This document shows positions 1 to 8,866 of a stretch of DNA of 32,474 nt, piece by piece. The notes beneath the pieces were generated by a model that searched no databases, had not been told where the DNA came from, and worked only from the letters and a program-made list of their open reading frames with translations. Numbering within the stretch: position 1 is the first letter of the stretch; every line of letters starts with the position of its first letter. A program made the position numbers and the translations under genes. Origin of the DNA: an uncultured Treponema sp. (lineage in GTDB: Bacteria > Spirochaetota > Spirochaetia > Treponematales > Treponemataceae). Where the stretch lies: the NCBI GenBank assembly GCA_964582685.1, contig CAZOTD010000001.1, positions 1 to 32,474 of the forward strand. Direction: 5' to 3'.

Positions 1-78
1 ATCACATCTGTTCCAATGTCACGTCCATCCTTATTTCAATTTTTTGAATTTCTTTCTAAAGAACGAACAAATTAATTA

Positions 79-107
79 TTGAAAATGTATTTTTTTTATG
101 CCATAGT
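79..107 (+). promoter_or_regulatory. Putative sigma70 promoter TTGAAA-N17-CATAGT with TGn extension; ATG 6 nt downstream (leaderless geometry)
   Basis: TTGAAA 79-84, TG 99-100, CATAGT 102-107, ATG at 114, no Shine-Dalgarno sequence. Confidence 0.55.
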
Positions 108-113
108 AATTAT

Positions 114-929
114 ATGAAAAAACATTTTTTTCTTTTTCCATCTTTATTTTTCTGTTTGTTTTTAGTCGTAAGTTGTTTTACAACTACGACTACTGTAGAT
201 GTTGTGAGTTCTGACCGCAAACAACTTATGCTATTTTCCGAAGACGCTGTTGACCAAAGTTCAAAACAATCTTATGAAAAAGTTTTGGCAGAAGCAAAAG
301 CAAAAGGAACTTTAAACAAAAATCCAACAACCGTAAAAAGAGTTCAGACAATTGCAAATCGATTGATAGCTCAAACTCCAGAGTTTAGAAAAGATGCTGC
401 AAACTGGAAATGGCAAGTTAATGTAATTACAGATTCAACGATTAATGCTTGGTGCCTTCCTGGTGGAAGAATTGTCATTTACACAGGAATTATTGATTCA
501 CTAAAATTAACTGATTCTGAAATTGCTGCAATTCTTGGTCATGAAATTTCTCACGCACTTAGGGAGCATAGTCGCGAACAAATGAGCCGTCAAGCACTTA
601 CAAGTCTCGGAGTTTCTGCAGTTGCGACAATGTTAGATCTTGGAGAAACTAGTTCTGATATCATCAACCTTGGAGCAGAACTAATTCTTACACTTCCATT
701 TTCTAGGTCGCAAGAAATGGAAGCAGATAATTATGGAACTTCACTAATGGCACGTGCTGGATATAATCCGTATGATGCTGTAAATGTTTGGAAAAAAATG
801 AACAATCTATCATCGACTTCAACACCAGAACTTTTAAGCACTCATCCTTCAAACAACAGTCGCATCGAAAATCTAAATAAAGTAGCGGAAAAAGTTTATC
901 CATTTTACGAATCGGCACAAACGAAATAA
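114..929 (+). CDS. M48 family zinc metallopeptidase, predicted lipoprotein (LoiP/YggG-like)
   Basis: Lipobox-like LVVSC after a hydrophobic stretch; INAWCLPGG, HEISH (HExxH), EMEAD third ligand and LSTHP motifs. Confidence 0.9.
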   Translation: MKKHFFLFPSLFFCLFLVVSCFTTTTTVDVVSSDRKQLMLFSEDAVDQSSKQSYEKVLAEAKAKGTLNKNPTTVKRVQTIANRLIAQTPEFRKDAANWKWQVNVITDSTINAWCLPGGRIVIYTGIIDSLKLTDSEIAAILGHEISHALREHSREQMSRQALTSLGVSAVATMLDLGETSSDIINLGAELILTLPFSRSQEMEADNYGTSLMARAGYNPYDAVNVWKKMNNLSSTSTPELLSTHPSNNSRIENLNKVAEKVYPFYESAQTK

Positions 930-943
930 TTCATTTTATAATT

Positions 944-2341
944 TTATTTTCCAACACAGAAATTACTGAAGATACTTTCTAAAACATCATCAGGCGTAAC
1001 TTCTCCAGTAATTTCTCCAAGAAAATCAAGACTATCTTCCAAATCTTGAACTACAGCATCAAGCGTATAATTATCATCTGCAACAACAAGTGAATGTTCA
1101 ACACATTCAAGCGCTTGTTCTACCGCAATTTTCTGTCGTGCAGAACCAAGCCCCGCACTTTGTCTAGTAGTATCTTTTCCGTCCGTTAAAATATTTTTAA
1201 GAGTGCGTGTCAATTCATCAATACCAAACGCATTTTTTGCAGAAACATAAACTTCGTTCTTTAGAGATGGAATTACAGATTTTTCCTGTTCACAAAGAGT
1301 TGGTTTTAAATCTGATTTTAGTTTATCAATTTTATTCCATACAAAAATCACTGGAACAGAAAACTTTTTAAGGAATGATAAGTCTTCAATATTAATTTCT
1401 TGAGATGAATCTTGAAGATAAAGAATAACATCTGCATCTTCAGAAAGATCACGTGTTCTTTCAACGCCAACTTGTTCTACATAATCATCACTTACACGAA
1501 GCCCAGCCGTATCAAAAATTCTTGCAGGAATTCCGTCAATACTTATCCAACTTTCTATCCAATCACGAGTTGTGCCTTCTATCTCGCTAACAATTGCACG
1601 CTCTTCTTTTAACAAAGAATTAAAAAGTGATGATTTTCCGGCATTTGTCTTGCCACAAAGAACAACTCTTACTCCGTCTTGAAAAAGTTTTTCGCTTTTC
1701 CAAGAGTCACAAAGAATTTTAAGACGCTCAATTGCTTCAAGAATTCCTTCACGATTAAAAGCGTCAGCAATTGTTTCTTCATCTTCAGGATATTCAATTT
1801 CAACTTCAATCGCTGCAAGTGTATCAATAATAAGTTTTTTGATTGATGAAATTTCTTCATAAAGTGAACCAGCAAGTCGACCAGCAGCTCTTCCACGACT
1901 AAAATCTGTACGACTTTCTATAATCTCGCGAATTGCTTCCGCTTTTGTAAGATCAGATTTTCCGTTAATATATGCTCTAAAAGTAAACTCGCCAGGTTCG
2001 GCTTGTCTAAAACCATTTTTCAAAAGAAGATTATAAATAGCAGAAATTACAGCCGTTCCGCCATGACAACTAATTTCTGCCATATCTTCACCTGTAAAAG
2101 ATTTCGGTGCTTTGAACACGCTGACAAGAACTTCGTCGATTTTTTTTTCGCCATCTTTTATCCAGCCGTAAATTATTGAGTTTCCTGCTGATGTCATTAG
2201 CGCCTGTGGTCTTGAAAATACTTTTGACAGAAGTTCAAGTGACTTAGAACCAGATGTTCGTATAATTCCAAGAGCACTTGGAGCCATAGCAGTTGCAATT
2301 GCAACAATTGGTTCTTCTGGTGTATATGATGTATTGTCCAT
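944..2341 (-). CDS. mnmE: tRNA uridine-34 modification GTPase MnmE (TrmE)
   Basis: IVAIAT N-terminus, PKSFTGED..EISCHGG, GKTNAGKS (G1), GTTRD (G2), DTAG (G3), NKID (G4), C-terminal FCVGK. Confidence 0.97.
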   Translation of the reverse strand: MDNTSYTPEEPIVAIATAMAPSALGIIRTSGSKSLELLSKVFSRPQALMTSAGNSIIYGWIKDGEKKIDEVLVSVFKAPKSFTGEDMAEISCHGGTAVISAIYNLLLKNGFRQAEPGEFTFRAYINGKSDLTKAEAIREIIESRTDFSRGRAAGRLAGSLYEEISSIKKLIIDTLAAIEVEIEYPEDEETIADAFNREGILEAIERLKILCDSWKSEKLFQDGVRVVLCGKTNAGKSSLFNSLLKEERAIVSEIEGTTRDWIESWISIDGIPARIFDTAGLRVSDDYVEQVGVERTRDLSEDADVILYLQDSSQEINIEDLSFLKKFSVPVIFVWNKIDKLKSDLKPTLCEQEKSVIPSLKNEVYVSAKNAFGIDELTRTLKNILTDGKDTTRQSAGLGSARQKIAVEQALECVEHSLVVADDNYTLDAVVQDLEDSLDFLGEITGEVTPDDVLESIFSNFCVGK

Positions 2342-2347
2342 AAAATT

Positions 2348-2376
2348 ATTTTAAATTTATTAAATCACTTTTTCAA
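2348..2376 (-). promoter_or_regulatory. Putative sigma70 promoter of mnmE, TTGAAA-N17-TAAAAT; ATG 6 nt downstream (leaderless geometry)
   Basis: Minus strand TTGAAA 2376-2371, TAAAAT 2353-2348, ATG at 2341; no SD; the -35 lies in the last codons of the upstream CDS. Confidence 0.6.
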
Positions 2377-3904
2377 GTAAGTTTAAAATTTTAGAATCAT
2401 AAATTCCATTTTTTCTTTTAAGTTCTGCCATCGCTGAATCAGCATCCATAATTCTTCTATAGGCACGGGAATTTATAAGAGAAATATAACTTTCTGCAAC
2501 ACGAATAAGTCTTGCAATCAACGGAATTTTATTTCCAGATAAACCCAAAAGATATCCTTTGCCATTAACATTTTCATGATGAAATTCTGCTGCGTCTAAA
2601 AAAATCTGTTTTATCGACTCTGGAATAAATCCAAAATATTCTGTCGCTTTTTGAACATGACTTCTAATTTCATATCTATCTTTAATTGTAAGATGTTCAC
2701 TTCGTAAAATATTTTTTGATATAGAAAGAAAGCCTGCATCGTAAACCATTGCAGCACAATAATAAATTAAAGCAAGTTCATCATCGATATTTGCCACCTT
2801 GCAAAGTTTAAAAACAAGTTCACTTACCTTTTTTGAATTTCTTTTTCTTCCAGTGATTACGTCAATTTTATTGCCAAGTTCTCTACATTGATTTTGCAAA
2901 GAAAGAAAATCGCGTTTAATAGTTTCGTTTTCAAAATATGAAATTGCAATTTTTTTAGATTCATAATCAGAAAGACCAAATTTTCTTCTTTCGTTTGAAA
3001 GCGTGTTATTTGCATTTTCTGTTTCTTGCATTGGATTTTCGTTAAATGGCTTATAAGGGCTTTCTTCTGTCTTGGATTCTTGATTTAAAATTGCAACAAC
3101 TTTCATTGTTGTTTCAAATTGTTTTTGTGCTTCGAGAGTATTTCTATGATTTCGATGAATTACATAAATTAATGTTATAATCGCAACAAATATAAGAAAA
3201 TAAAGCAAAATCATAATATATCTTATTCGCTGCGATTGCAAATAATTTTGTTCAATTTTTGTTGCTTGCTTTATTTCTGCAACACTTATAGTTCCAGCAA
3301 TGACATCGTTAAAATCTTGTTTGCCTTTTTCGAGTTTATAGATTTGATTAAGAATTTTATCAAGTTCAAGTTTGTTGTTTTTTTTAATACTTTCAATACG
3401 TTTATTTTCCAAATCGTTTTTTTCATTATGATAAATTTCATTCATCAAAAATTCAATTCTTGGACTAATTACTTCTGGATGAAGTGTAAGATATTGCATA
3501 ACTTTATTGTAATCTTTTAATTTCAATATTTTAGAATTTTTGTAAAAAGAATTAATCCAAGTATAATACACCATTTCTGCCATAAGTTGAATGTTAGAAG
3601 GAAGTGTAGAATTTTCTTGGTGATATTCGATTGCAATATTAATTTGTTCAACTGCTTTAAAATATTTGCCTTGGTTATAATAATCATTTGTTTTTTCAAG
3701 AATTAAATTGTCTTGTTGTTCTCGAAGTTCTAGATTTTTTTCAATTTGAACTTTATTTTCTGTTACAGAAAAAATAGGAAATGACAAATTAAGAAATATC
3801 AATCCAAAACAAAAATACGTAAATTTCCTTCTTTTTTGAATTAGTGTAAAAATCTTTTCTGATATTTTTTTTCTAACAGTTGACATTTTAATTTTACATT
3901 TCAT
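2360..3904 (-). CDS. Membrane-anchored protein with extracytoplasmic helical N-terminal region and degenerate C-terminal HD-GYP domain (start codon uncertain)
   Basis: N-terminal hydrophobic signal, TM helix YIMILLYFLIFVAIITLIYVI; HHENVNGKGYLLGLSGNKIPLIARLIRVAESY and SRAYR match the HD-GYP pattern, but HD reads YD (MVYDAGF). Confidence 0.85.
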   Translation of the reverse strand: MKCKIKMSTVRKKISEKIFTLIQKRRKFTYFCFGLIFLNLSFPIFSVTENKVQIEKNLELREQQDNLILEKTNDYYNQGKYFKAVEQINIAIEYHQENSTLPSNIQLMAEMVYYTWINSFYKNSKILKLKDYNKVMQYLTLHPEVISPRIEFLMNEIYHNEKNDLENKRIESIKKNNKLELDKILNQIYKLEKGKQDFNDVIAGTISVAEIKQATKIEQNYLQSQRIRYIMILLYFLIFVAIITLIYVIHRNHRNTLEAQKQFETTMKVVAILNQESKTEESPYKPFNENPMQETENANNTLSNERRKFGLSDYESKKIAISYFENETIKRDFLSLQNQCRELGNKIDVITGRKRNSKKVSELVFKLCKVANIDDELALIYYCAAMVYDAGFLSISKNILRSEHLTIKDRYEIRSHVQKATEYFGFIPESIKQIFLDAAEFHHENVNGKGYLLGLSGNKIPLIARLIRVAESYISLINSRAYRRIMDADSAMAELKRKNGIYDSKILNLLEKVI

Positions 3905-3928
3905 AAGATAAACCCTAAATTTTTAAAA

Positions 3929-6277
3929 TTATAAATTTTCTTCTTCCTGACTGTAAACAGAATCCCATAACATAATTTTTTCTATCATCGAAGTTTTTTT
4001 TATTTCAACTTTGGAACTTTCTTGCTCTTTTGCACCAATTGCTGGTTTTCTAAAATTCGGATTTGCTTCGTATGCTTTTCCATTGTAAACCGAATCGTTG
4101 GGGTCAACAGAAAGTTTTGAATAATTTCCAGCGTTATTCCAATGCATATATCCACGATCTACAGAATCGCGCACTCCGAACATTTCTTTTCTTACATATT
4201 CTGTATCGTAATACGTTCTGTCGTATGGAACATTTAAAAAGAAAGTTTGAATCCAAGGGCGAACAACAACTTTATTACGTGCAATAATTGTATTACGATA
4301 AGTTCCATAAAAATAAATTCTATATGGTCGTTCCTCGTAAGGTTCATAATTAAGAAATTTATTTTCAAAATGTGATGGATAAAACATCGGACAAATTACA
4401 TCAACAAATTCCGCAAGTGTTTCTACATCTTGTCCAGTTCTTGCCGCAGTTCTGTACCAACCATTTGCTCCATAAATATCAATTCCAATTGGTGCTTTGA
4501 TATTTTCTCGTGCATACGAAAGAAAACTAATTAAAGCACTTTCTTTGTCCATTCCTTCGCTTTGCCATTTGTATTGTGCACTCGAAAGATTTGTTCCATC
4601 AGTTGGAAATCTTATATAATCAAATTGGATTTCATCAAAACCTCGCGAAATTAATTCTTTTGCAATTGCAACATCGTATTCCCAAACTTCTGGACAATAT
4701 GGATCAACCCAATATTCATCATAATAAGTCATAACTTGATTTCCGTCTTCATCTGTATCGTAACCACGAGTTCCTATCCATTGACGGTTTGTATTTTTAT
4801 TCCAGACTGCATATTTTCCATTTGAATATTGCCAAAGATTTTTGTCTTTAAATGCTACAATCCTTGCAATAAGATAAACATCGTCCTTTTTAAATTCTTC
4901 AATAAAATTATCCAAGTTAATTGCGTATTGACTTGTCTTTGCCATTTTTTTTACAAGTGAATCCTTTGTGTCATATCGAAGAAGTCCATAATCATCTTTC
5001 ATATCAATTACAAGACTGTTAAGATTGTTATCAGAAATTATTTTTTTAAATTTTGCAATTCCACCTGGAAGATATGCTTGATACGCCGGAACATAAAGGC
5101 TTTTCTGATTTGAAATTTTATCTGCATATATTGAACTAACAGTGTCTGAATTTATCATCCACAATTCATTGAGAACAACGCTACAATTATAACCACTTTC
5201 ATTGCGTGGAATCCAACCAGCAAAAACAGGAGAAGAACTTGCCAAAACAATATTTTTCAATTCATTAAATTTATCAACTTGTTTTGGCTCTTCACCAGAA
5301 GAAATATCGTACGCTTTAATAGTTTTCGGACTTAAATATATTAAAGAAGTTCCAGCAAGAAAAAGACCATCAATTGTATCCGCTGGTTCTTTACCTTTGT
5401 AAATGCAAATAGAACTTTTTTTTGTAAAATCAAAGCGATAAATGCGCGGAATAAAAGTTTGCGCCAAAAATATTTCTGTATAAACACTTCCATCTTCTGC
5501 TTTACACAATATCGGAAGAATATCGCTTACTTCATCAGAACCAACATTTGGGTCTGCGCCAGCAAGTCCAGAAGTTGCACTAACAAATTTTTTATCAGAA
5601 ATTGAACCGTAATAAAAACCATAAGTCGAATGAGAACAAAAAACATAATCTTGAATTGTTGTAGTTCCATCATTTTTGCTTACTCGAATTGAAGCAATCG
5701 CAACTGCTTTAATTCCTGAAGAGCCAATTCTAGGTGAACTAAAGTAATTCCAAGTTTCGCCACTATTTTCAGAAATGTAAACTTTATCTTTTGTTGCACA
5801 AACCATTTGTTCTGGTTTTTCTGGGTTATACGAAATATCTTTTATGTCGGCAACTTGTTTTTCAAATGTTGTATTTTTTCCGTCATATTTTTTTATCGTT
5901 AAAATTGGAAGTCCTTGATTTCTTTCCTCAAAGTTTTTTAAATCATTTGAAAAAATAATTCCTTTTGATGTTAGAAAATAAAATTCTTCAACTGCTTTAT
6001 TTTGATTTACAGTTTTTTCTACACGAAGTATTTGTTTTGCTTTTCCATCTGTCCACAATGCATATAACGACTTTTGATTTGTTACACGATATATTCCTGT
6101 TTCTGTTGCAAGAATTGGCTTTGAAGAATCTGATTTTACATTTTTATTTGATGACAAGTTTTCTTTATTAGAAGACATCACTTTTGGTAAAGTATATAAA
6201 GGGTTTAGTTCCTTTTCTTGTCCAAATGTCAAAATCGGCAGAAAAGATAATGCGAGCAATAATAGAAATTTTTTCAT
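3929..6277 (-). CDS. Secreted protein with beta-rich N-terminal region and C-terminal DUF4015-type putative glycoside hydrolase domain
   Basis: Sec signal MKKFLLLLALSFLPILTFG; Asp-box-like SENSGETW; LVIDMKDDYG, IARIVAFKD, WVDPY, GFDEIQFDYIRFP, DVICPMFYPSH and RPWIQ motifs. Confidence 0.8.
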   Translation of the reverse strand: MKKFLLLLALSFLPILTFGQEKELNPLYTLPKVMSSNKENLSSNKNVKSDSSKPILATETGIYRVTNQKSLYALWTDGKAKQILRVEKTVNQNKAVEEFYFLTSKGIIFSNDLKNFEERNQGLPILTIKKYDGKNTTFEKQVADIKDISYNPEKPEQMVCATKDKVYISENSGETWNYFSSPRIGSSGIKAVAIASIRVSKNDGTTTIQDYVFCSHSTYGFYYGSISDKKFVSATSGLAGADPNVGSDEVSDILPILCKAEDGSVYTEIFLAQTFIPRIYRFDFTKKSSICIYKGKEPADTIDGLFLAGTSLIYLSPKTIKAYDISSGEEPKQVDKFNELKNIVLASSSPVFAGWIPRNESGYNCSVVLNELWMINSDTVSSIYADKISNQKSLYVPAYQAYLPGGIAKFKKIISDNNLNSLVIDMKDDYGLLRYDTKDSLVKKMAKTSQYAINLDNFIEEFKKDDVYLIARIVAFKDKNLWQYSNGKYAVWNKNTNRQWIGTRGYDTDEDGNQVMTYYDEYWVDPYCPEVWEYDVAIAKELISRGFDEIQFDYIRFPTDGTNLSSAQYKWQSEGMDKESALISFLSYARENIKAPIGIDIYGANGWYRTAARTGQDVETLAEFVDVICPMFYPSHFENKFLNYEPYEERPYRIYFYGTYRNTIIARNKVVVRPWIQTFFLNVPYDRTYYDTEYVRKEMFGVRDSVDRGYMHWNNAGNYSKLSVDPNDSVYNGKAYEANPNFRKPAIGAKEQESSKVEIKKTSMIEKIMLWDSVYSQEEENL

Positions 6278-6284
6278 ATCTCAA

Positions 6285-6312
6285 TTATCGGCTTTTTAAT
6301 TTTAAGACTTTA
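6285..6312 (-). promoter_or_regulatory. Putative sigma28 (FliA/SigD-type) promoter TAAA-N16-GCCGATAA
   Basis: Minus strand TAAAGTCT starting at 6312 and perfect GCCGATAA 6292-6285, 7 nt before the ATG at 6277. Confidence 0.6.
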
Positions 6313-6355
6313 TATTTAGTCGCAATTGCAAATTCGCATAACAAGAAAAGTCGAT

Positions 6356-7822
6356 TTAATGATTTTCGTATTCTGGCGAACAAGTCAAATGCATTCCAAG
6401 TCGGCGAATTGTTACTTCATCAACTGGCGAAAGAATTACAGATGAATGAAATTCAAGATCGCGCAGATTTGGTAATTGGTCAAGCGCAAGGCGAGCTTTT
6501 TCATTTGTTGAAGATGCACATGCAAGTGCAATAAGTGCTTCTTCAACATGCAGATTTGGATTTTTACTCATAAAATCAACAGTTTTAAGTTTTTGAATTG
6601 GTTTTACATATTCCTCTGTCAAAAGTTTTTCTTCGTTTGGAAGAGATGAAAGTTGTTTTATAACTTTGAGAATAACAGAAGCGGCAGCACCCAAAAGTCT
6701 TGAAGTTCTTCCAACAAGAATTTTTCCATTATCAAGTTCAATTGCGGCACAAGGATTTCCAGTTTCTTCTTGACGTTTAAGAGCAGCAGGAACAATTGCA
6801 CGATCTTCAGGTTTTAAATCTGCTCGTTTTAAAAGGAATTCTTGTTTGTCAAGTTCAGACTTTGGAGCATCACCTTTGCGAACTTGACAAGCAGTAATAT
6901 AATAACGACGAAGCATTTCTTTTTTTCCAGCTTCTTGACAAACAGCATCATCGACAATTGCATTGCCTGCCATATTTACGCCCATATCTGTTGGAGATTG
7001 ATATGGACTTTCGCCAAGAATTTGTTTGAATATTTCTTTAAGGACAGGAAAAGTTTCAACATCGCGATTGTAATTTACCGCAGTTTCTCCGTATGCTTCC
7101 AAATGAAACGGATCAATCATATTCACATCATCAAGATCTACAGTCGCAGATTCATAGGCAAGATTTACTGGATGTTGTAAAGGAAGATTCCAAATCGGGA
7201 ATGTTTCAAATTTTGCATATCCAGCTTTGATTCCATGTTTGTGATCGTGATAAATATTTGAAAGACAAGTTGCCATTTTTCCACTGCCCGGACCTGGAGC
7301 AGTTACAACACAAAGTTTTCGTTTTGTCGCAATATATTCATTTCTGCCATATCCATCATCGCTTACAATAAGAGGAATATTGCCAGGATAACCTTGAATT
7401 ACATAATGAAGATAAGTTTTAATTCCAAAGTTAGCACACTTTACTCGAAATTTATCGGCGGCTGGTTGGCATGTGTATTGAGTAATTACAATTCCACTTA
7501 CAAGAAATCCTCGTCGTTCAAATTCTTTTTTAAGGCGAAGTGTTTCTTCATCATAAGTAATTCCAAGATCGTTACGAATTTTATTTTGTTCAATGGCATC
7601 GGCATTTACAACGATAATAATTTCTGCAATATCTTTTAGTTTTTCAAGCATCTTAAGTTTATTATCAGGCGCAAAACCCGGTAGAACTCTTGAAGCATGA
7701 TAATCGTCGAACAATTTTCCTCCAAACTCAAGATACAATTTTTCAAATGAGTCGATACGTTTTTGGATATGTTCCGACTGAAGTTTAAGATATTTTTTTG
7801 AATCGAATCCGATTTGTGCCAT
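6356..7822 (-). CDS. DUF1846 / UPF0371 family protein of unknown function
   Basis: IGFDSKKYLKLQS, LYLEFGGKLFDDYHASRVLPGF, P-loop-like APGPGSGKMATCLS, YAKFETFPIWNLPL, YQSPTDMGVNM; start moved from 7846 to the ATG at 7822, which follows a GGAG SD. Confidence 0.92.
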   Translation of the reverse strand: MAQIGFDSKKYLKLQSEHIQKRIDSFEKLYLEFGGKLFDDYHASRVLPGFAPDNKLKMLEKLKDIAEIIIVVNADAIEQNKIRNDLGITYDEETLRLKKEFERRGFLVSGIVITQYTCQPAADKFRVKCANFGIKTYLHYVIQGYPGNIPLIVSDDGYGRNEYIATKRKLCVVTAPGPGSGKMATCLSNIYHDHKHGIKAGYAKFETFPIWNLPLQHPVNLAYESATVDLDDVNMIDPFHLEAYGETAVNYNRDVETFPVLKEIFKQILGESPYQSPTDMGVNMAGNAIVDDAVCQEAGKKEMLRRYYITACQVRKGDAPKSELDKQEFLLKRADLKPEDRAIVPAALKRQEETGNPCAAIELDNGKILVGRTSRLLGAAASVILKVIKQLSSLPNEEKLLTEEYVKPIQKLKTVDFMSKNPNLHVEEALIALACASSTNEKARLALDQLPNLRDLEFHSSVILSPVDEVTIRRLGMHLTCSPEYENH

Positions 7823-7907
7823 TTTTTTCTCCCATAAAAAAAGCAAACATTTTCAATAACAATTTTAGTGGCGTTTGACAAGTTTTTATTTGTAAAAGAT
7901 ATTATCA

Positions 7908-8828
7908 CTAAACTGTGAGTTTTTCTATATCTTCAGCATAAACAATTTTTAACCCTTTTTTTTCAATAGACAATTTCTTTTCTGGAGGAATTTGGTCATC
8001 AAGAAAAACTATATTTCCACTATCTTTTAGGCGCTCAAGAATAACGCCGCCACCATCGTAAATTCGTTTTGTAATATTTAATGCTCGCTCTAAATCCGTA
8101 AACACTTTTTTATTAAGTTCAAATTTTTGACCTTGAAAGTTTTTGTTAATTGGATTTGGTGAATGTTTGTTATAAAACTTTTTAATTTTTTCCATCATTT
8201 CTTTTTTATAACGACGTTCTTCGGCAACGGCAACGACTTGTTCTGTTGTTATAAAAATATCTTTATTCTCTTTAAGAAGTTGTTCTGGTGATTTTTGTTG
8301 TTTTTCACAAATCTTTTTAAAAACCAACAGTGTCACCATTGCATCATCTACGCTTTTGTGCGATTTTAAAAGTGAAGTATCACATTCTAAAAAATCTGCC
8401 CAATCAAAAAGTTTTTTTCTACAACCAAAAGTCCGCTCAGCAAGTTTTTCAACATCAAACGCGCGGTAATTTATATATTCTTCAGAATATCGTTCGCAAG
8501 CGCTATTAACAAATCCAACATCGTTCATAACTGCAAATCCAATTACATAAGTATTTCCGTTTGTAAAAAGTTTTTTAATTCGTTTGTAATATGCTGAAAA
8601 GTTTGGTTTTGTTCTAAAAAAATCTTTTGAATATGAAAGTTTACATTTATTTTTTGGACTAAAAAGATACCAATCAAAATCTGTTTCAGGATTAATCACA
8701 AGATCTTCTTGTTCGATTACATTCAATTCATCATCTGCAAGAATATAACCTAGCGAACAGATTTTTCCAATTCCATCAAAACAATTCGCACATTCACAAT
8801 CAAAAAATAAATAAGTTTTGTGATTCAT
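7908..8828 (-). CDS. DEDDh-family 3'-5' exonuclease domain protein with charged C-terminal extension
   Basis: ExoI FFDCECAN, ExoII NDVGF, ExoIII HKSVDDA; GAGG SD. Confidence 0.8.
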   Translation of the reverse strand: MNHKTYLFFDCECANCFDGIGKICSLGYILADDELNVIEQEDLVINPETDFDWYLFSPKNKCKLSYSKDFFRTKPNFSAYYKRIKKLFTNGNTYVIGFAVMNDVGFVNSACERYSEEYINYRAFDVEKLAERTFGCRKKLFDWADFLECDTSLLKSHKSVDDAMVTLLVFKKICEKQQKSPEQLLKENKDIFITTEQVVAVAEERRYKKEMMEKIKKFYNKHSPNPINKNFQGQKFELNKKVFTDLERALNITKRIYDGGGVILERLKDSGNIVFLDDQIPPEKKLSIEKKGLKIVYAEDIEKLTV

Positions 8829-8866
8829 AGTTTCCTCAAAAATATAAAATGATTCTTCTGTTGGAT

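Noticed and set aside
1-35. Minus-strand frame reads DGRDIGTDV, like the cytidylate kinase DGRDIGT motif
   Set aside because: Only about 10 codons are visible and an in-frame stop lies two codons upstream; cannot be judged without sequence left of the window
7875-7903. Plus-strand TTGACA possibly driving antisense RNA into the exonuclease gene
   Set aside because: The -10 at 17 nt is GATATT, a poor match
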